Below the pieces are notes generated by a model that saw nothing but the letters and a program-made list of their open reading frames with translations, was not told the origin of the DNA and made no database searches. 64,000 bases of DNA, from contig JAHPZA010000009.1 in NCBI GenBank assembly GCA_019058445.1, positions 288,001-352,000 of the forward strand, written 5' to 3'. Shown here in pieces: positions 59,999 to 64,000 of this stretch. Within the stretch, counting starts at the first letter, position 1. The number at the start of each line of letters is the position of its first letter. The DNA is from Promethearchaeota archaeon. Lineage in GTDB: Archaea; Asgardarchaeota; Lokiarchaeia; Sigyniarchaeales; SOKP01. A program made the position numbers and the translations under genes.

Positions 59999-61828
59999 TT
60001 AAAAGTAATCTAATGTTTTTTGCTTTCTAAGTCTTATAAAATCTTCAGTACTAAAGTTTTTTATGTTTTTTTCTTCATATTTCTTTAATAATTGTTCTAA
60101 ACTGTAAATATCCTTCTCAGCACTTAATTGAATTATATCATAGAAAGTACTTGTATGGTTTTCAGGAATTCCTATTATTTTTTCGAATAATAAAGGAGAT
60201 ACTAATCTAGTATCATCCATCTTAACCTGTTTAGTTTTATATCGAATACTTGATGGAAGCTCAAAATATAATTTATATGAATCCCACCTAGTTCCAACAA
60301 GAAGGAGCAATGAATTAGGAAGATTTCTATACTTTGAAGTTTTCCTTGCGATAAGATTCTTATGTAATTTATTTCTTTTGAAAAATCCTAAAGAAAACTC
60401 TATTAAAAGATAATCTTTTGATGCCAATAGGTAATAAAAATTACTTAGAAAATTTCTAAGCTCTGGTATCTCTTCAACTAATTTCTTGAATCTAGTTTTC
60501 AAATGTTTTAAAAAGGTATTATTGATGATTATTATTGCATCTATCCGAAAACCTTGTTGTGGATAAAAAATTTCAGTCTCAGTAAAATATATCGGAGTTA
60601 AATTTTGCCCATTAATAATATCAGGTATAAAGAATTTTAATATATCGTGATTAAGGATTCCGATTCGCTGATTGATTATTTGCCGTGAATTTAGATTTAG
60701 ATAACTTACTATATCAGAATATGATTTATTGAATCTTAATATTGAATTTAAAAACCCCCGATAATATTTTTCTACTTCTTCATAAGAGGGAGCTTCATTT
60801 TCATCTAACTCAAAAATTTCAGATAAATCAGGATAAATAATTTCTATAAAATAATTTAATAATCCTTTATACGTCGTTTGCGTGTAAATTACTTCCCAAT
60901 GAGGATCAAATCCTAGATATTTTACAAAATCATTGTAAGTATAATCTAGTCTTTTTAAAGATTTTCTAAATCCCCGAAATTCTGATTTATCTATTTGACC
61001 GCTTTTAGGTATTTCTTTAAGTCCAAAATCGTGCTTTAATCTCAAATTAGGTAAGATTTTTTCATAAAAAAACTTAATATGCTTTTCTAAATCCCAGCCA
61101 ACATAACTATACTTATATTCAATATTAGGTGTAAAACCAGCACCAATGATTATATCATTCAGATTTAAACCCAATGTATTATATGCCCTTTTCCAATAGC
61201 CGGAAAAACCTGCTTTTTCTATATCATCTTCAGAAGGACTTTTGTTAAATATTGGATAAATAACTTCTCGAAAAAAGTCAATGGCTAAACTATTATTGAT
61301 TAACCAATCGTAGCGATGAATTAAAGTTCTATATTTAATATTATGTTTTTTAAAAAATGAAATTTCTGCTTTTGAAAAATTAAATCTTTTGATAAATAGA
61401 TTTGCTTTTTTTACAATATCTCCATAATTTAACTTACGATAATCAAGAGCTCTTATGAATTTATTATTTATTATTCGCATGACCTCTCTCATAGGAGCCT
61501 CATCAGGTAATAAAGAGTATTGTTTCTGAACTAATTTAGTTAATATTTTATCTTTTAAGTATCTGGAAGCGTTAAGTATTGCATCTTTATAATATCTTGG
61601 ATATCCATTTTCATTCCAATCTAAAAAACTCCAATTTTGGCGCTTAACAACAATATGTTCTTTGCTCATAAAATCTTTCAAATGCCCATTTTTTATAAGA
61701 TCTTCAATATCAGAATTATTAAGCTCCTCGGTTTTCTCATATTTCTGTTTCTTTATAGAACAAAATCCAAAGTTCTCACATTCTAACTCTTCTTTAATGG
61801 ATTTTTCTTTTTCGTACTCTTTAGACAT
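59999..61828 (-). CDS. Repeat-containing putative endonuclease (C-terminal PD-(D/E)xK-like domain)
   Basis: Four ~55-aa helical repeats followed by E...RIDAII...LIEFS. Confidence 0.55.
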   Translation of the reverse strand: MSKEYEKEKSIKEELECENFGFCSIKKQKYEKTEELNNSDIEDLIKNGHLKDFMSKEHIVVKRQNWSFLDWNENGYPRYYKDAILNASRYLKDKILTKLVQKQYSLLPDEAPMREVMRIINNKFIRALDYRKLNYGDIVKKANLFIKRFNFSKAEISFFKKHNIKYRTLIHRYDWLINNSLAIDFFREVIYPIFNKSPSEDDIEKAGFSGYWKRAYNTLGLNLNDIIIGAGFTPNIEYKYSYVGWDLEKHIKFFYEKILPNLRLKHDFGLKEIPKSGQIDKSEFRGFRKSLKRLDYTYNDFVKYLGFDPHWEVIYTQTTYKGLLNYFIEIIYPDLSEIFELDENEAPSYEEVEKYYRGFLNSILRFNKSYSDIVSYLNLNSRQIINQRIGILNHDILKFFIPDIINGQNLTPIYFTETEIFYPQQGFRIDAIIIINNTFLKHLKTRFKKLVEEIPELRNFLSNFYYLLASKDYLLIEFSLGFFKRNKLHKNLIARKTSKYRNLPNSLLLLVGTRWDSYKLYFELPSSIRYKTKQVKMDDTRLVSPLLFEKIIGIPENHTSTFYDIIQLSAEKDIYSLEQLLKKYEEKNIKNFSTEDFIRLRKQKTLDYF

Positions 61829-62237
61829 GTTTTTATCACATCACTTTGTTATCTTGATCTTAAATAGATTAGAACGTAATATTTTAACATTTTTTTAAAA
61901 CTATTCAAATACCGAAACGAATATATAATTCTTTTTCATCATATTTAAATCTTTGATTTTTGACAGAATTTAGAAATGGATAAAAAATTATATATAAAAT
62001 AGATTTTATTAAACTACAATGGGCATGAATAGAAAAGAAATCGTTGAGGAAATTAGAATTGTACTGAATCAAAATGAAGATCTAAAGGACGTTAAATTTA
62101 AACCGCATTATAAAAGTAAATTTTTGACCTCATCCATGATATAGTAATCCTATATTTTCTATTCAAGCTTATAATATACTTAATATTTATTTCTTTATTA
62201 TTTAATTTGATAGATGTAAGACAAAAATTTCTATTAA

Positions 62238-63254
62238 ATTGGTGAAAATAAAATATCAAAAAGAAAATCAGAAATAAATTCTTTTAATTTTAAAATTATT
62301 TGCCTATTGATTTGTATTGTGAGTCTTATTATTAGTTTTATAAGTTTATATATAATTCAGGGCTTACTAGGAATAATTTTGTTTTGTATATTTTTTAACA
62401 TGTTATTAATTTTTATATATATCAATTCACGTATCATATTCCAATTTAACACCAGTTTAATAGGTGTATCATTATTTTTGATTGGACTTGCCTTTGCAAT
62501 ATCAACATTAGTTTTTAATCCATTTAACATCTTAGGAACATTATTGTTTGCTATTATTTATATGGTAATGATCGTAGTTGGAATATTATTTATTAAAGAT
62601 GGAATAAAATTCAAACAAAAAGATAAAAAATGTAATCAACTAGTTATAGAAAAAATAATTCACAAAAATAAGATGGATAAAGAAGAAGTTCAGGTTTTAG
62701 AAAATTTAGAAAGAATTCTTGGAAGGAAAATTGCGCGATTAAATAACATTAATTATGATACAATTGGAGTTCAAATTGTTGAAAATAAAATCGTAGGATT
62801 GGCCTTGTATAAATGCGAGCTAAATTATTTACCAGATTACATAGGTGAACTTAAATCACTCCAAGTATTAGGTTTGAGTTCTAATCAATTAAAAGAACTC
62901 CCTGAATCTATAGGCAGATTAAACTCTCTGAAAATATTAGATTTAGATAATAATCAGTTAAAAAAACTCCCTGAATCCATTGGTCAATTATCATCTCTAG
63001 AGGGATTATTAAGTCTAAGAAATAATCAATTAACTAAACTTCCAGAGTCCATTGGAAAATTAAAATCTCTTAAAGAATTTAATTTAAGTAAAAATAAATT
63101 AACAACTTTACCTGATGCTTTTAAAGCACTTGAATCACTTGAAATTTTAGATATACGATTTAATCCGTTATCTAAGTCAAAAAATCAAGATGATAGGACC
63201 AAAATAATATTAAAATATTTGAAAAAGCATGGTGTTAAAATTTATAAATCTTAG
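62238..63254 (+). CDS. Membrane protein (about 4 TM) with C-terminal LRRs; start uncertain (ATT 62238 or TTG 62307)
   Basis: Hydrophobic N-terminus; LPESIGxLxSLxxLxLxxNQL repeats. Confidence 0.88.
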   Translation: MGENKISKRKSEINSFNFKIICLLICIVSLIISFISLYIIQGLLGIILFCIFFNMLLIFIYINSRIIFQFNTSLIGVSLFLIGLAFAISTLVFNPFNILGTLLFAIIYMVMIVVGILFIKDGIKFKQKDKKCNQLVIEKIIHKNKMDKEEVQVLENLERILGRKIARLNNINYDTIGVQIVENKIVGLALYKCELNYLPDYIGELKSLQVLGLSSNQLKELPESIGRLNSLKILDLDNNQLKKLPESIGQLSSLEGLLSLRNNQLTKLPESIGKLKSLKEFNLSKNKLTTLPDAFKALESLEILDIRFNPLSKSKNQDDRTKIILKYLKKHGVKIYKS

Positions 63255-63301
63255 TTCTTCTTAAGGAAATTATTATTATAAATAAAAGATTTAAATTCTA
63301 C

Positions 63302-63547
63302 TTGGAAAAAGGATTATCAATAGTCTCAATCATTATTGGTGCATGTTTTGTTATATATTTCTGGATTCTAATTGGTTTAACACTGTTTTGGATTAGTTTT
63401 TCAAATTATTATATCAATTGGAATATATTTATCCCAATCTTAATTATCTTGTTCTTAGGAATAATCGCAATCATTATTGGAATAAAAGGATTAAGAAACA
63501 AATTATATAAAGAAAAGATAACTCAAATTCGGTTTTACTTCTTTTAA
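63302..63547 (+). CDS. Small 2-TM protein
   Basis: Two hydrophobic helices; stop codon overlaps the convergent korA stop. Confidence 0.55.
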   Translation: MEKGLSIVSIIIGACFVIYFWILIGLTLFWISFSNYYINWNIFIPILIILFLGIIAIIIGIKGLRNKLYKEKITQIRFYFF

Positions 63548-64000
63548 TCACCCTCAACAATTTTTTTTAATTTTTGGTGTAATTCTTCTACTGAAAACAC
63601 ATAACCACTGTACTTTAATATGTTTATATCGATCTTTACATGAGTCTCTAACTCTACTAACTTGGCAAATTGCCCTGTAGGATTGTTTTCGATTGCGATA
63701 ATCTTTTTCGCTTTATTCACATGGTCAATAATACTTGAATGTAAAGGATAGACTTGCTTAAAATGCAAAAATGCGATATCTTCTCGGTTCAGAGTTTCGA
63801 GTGCTTCTTTAATTAAATAGTAGTTGCTTCCCCATCCTATGATTAAAAATTCATAATCATCATTTCCAATGAGTTCAGGTGGTGTAGCTATCTTTTTGAT
63901 GAGTTCAAGTTTCTTATACCGTTTTTCAACTGTTTTTTTCCTAATGGTTGGATCTTCTGTAATATTTCCTTCTTCTGTATGAGTATGACTATCCGCATCT
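63544..64000 (-). CDS. korA: 2-oxoacid:ferredoxin oxidoreductase alpha subunit, 3' part (5' end outside the window)
   Basis: Manual translation H..EGNITED, IIGWGS, HFKQVYPL, IENNPTGQFA, ILKYSG. Confidence 0.92.
   Translation of the reverse strand, partial: DADSHTHTEEGNITEDPTIRKKTVEKRYKKLELIKKIATPPELIGNDDYEFLIIGWGSNYYLIKEALETLNREDIAFLHFKQVYPLHSSIIDHVNKAKKIIAIENNPTGQFAKLVELETHVKIDINILKYSGYVFSVEELHQKLKKIVEGD

Overview
AT-rich archaeal chromosomal segment. An Asgard (Lokiarchaeia-like) origin is inferred from a small Arf/Rag-like GTPase, LRR proteins, NosD/beta-helix surface proteins, a roadblock-like protein and a multi-TM MCP-like protein. Housekeeping blocks: a copper-export locus (copA, PadR-TRASH regulator, palindromic operator); two minimal Fe-S assembly systems (IscU + IscS, SufC + SufB/D); three Cys-tailed Lrp/AsnC regulators; a cysE-cysK-tRNA-Cys-cysS cluster whose tRNA has two non-canonical insertions; trxB with two PDOs; and a TCA gene run ordered like the cycle (korA, korB, sdhA, sdhB, fumC, X, gltA, acnA), where X is an FMN alpha-hydroxy-acid dehydrogenase in the malate dehydrogenase position. 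There are two accessory insertions. (1) A ~6.8 kb decayed element integrated into an lrp gene (215-bp diverged direct repeat) carries small virus/plasmid-like genes, the remnant of a giant polymorphic-toxin-like protein with a GIY-YIG nuclease tip, and an LRR-fused candidate immunity gene. (2) A ~3.6 kb insert splits korA from korB and carries a repeat + PD-(D/E)xK-like nuclease and a TM-LRR protein. All calls come from reading motifs by eye; no database searches were run.
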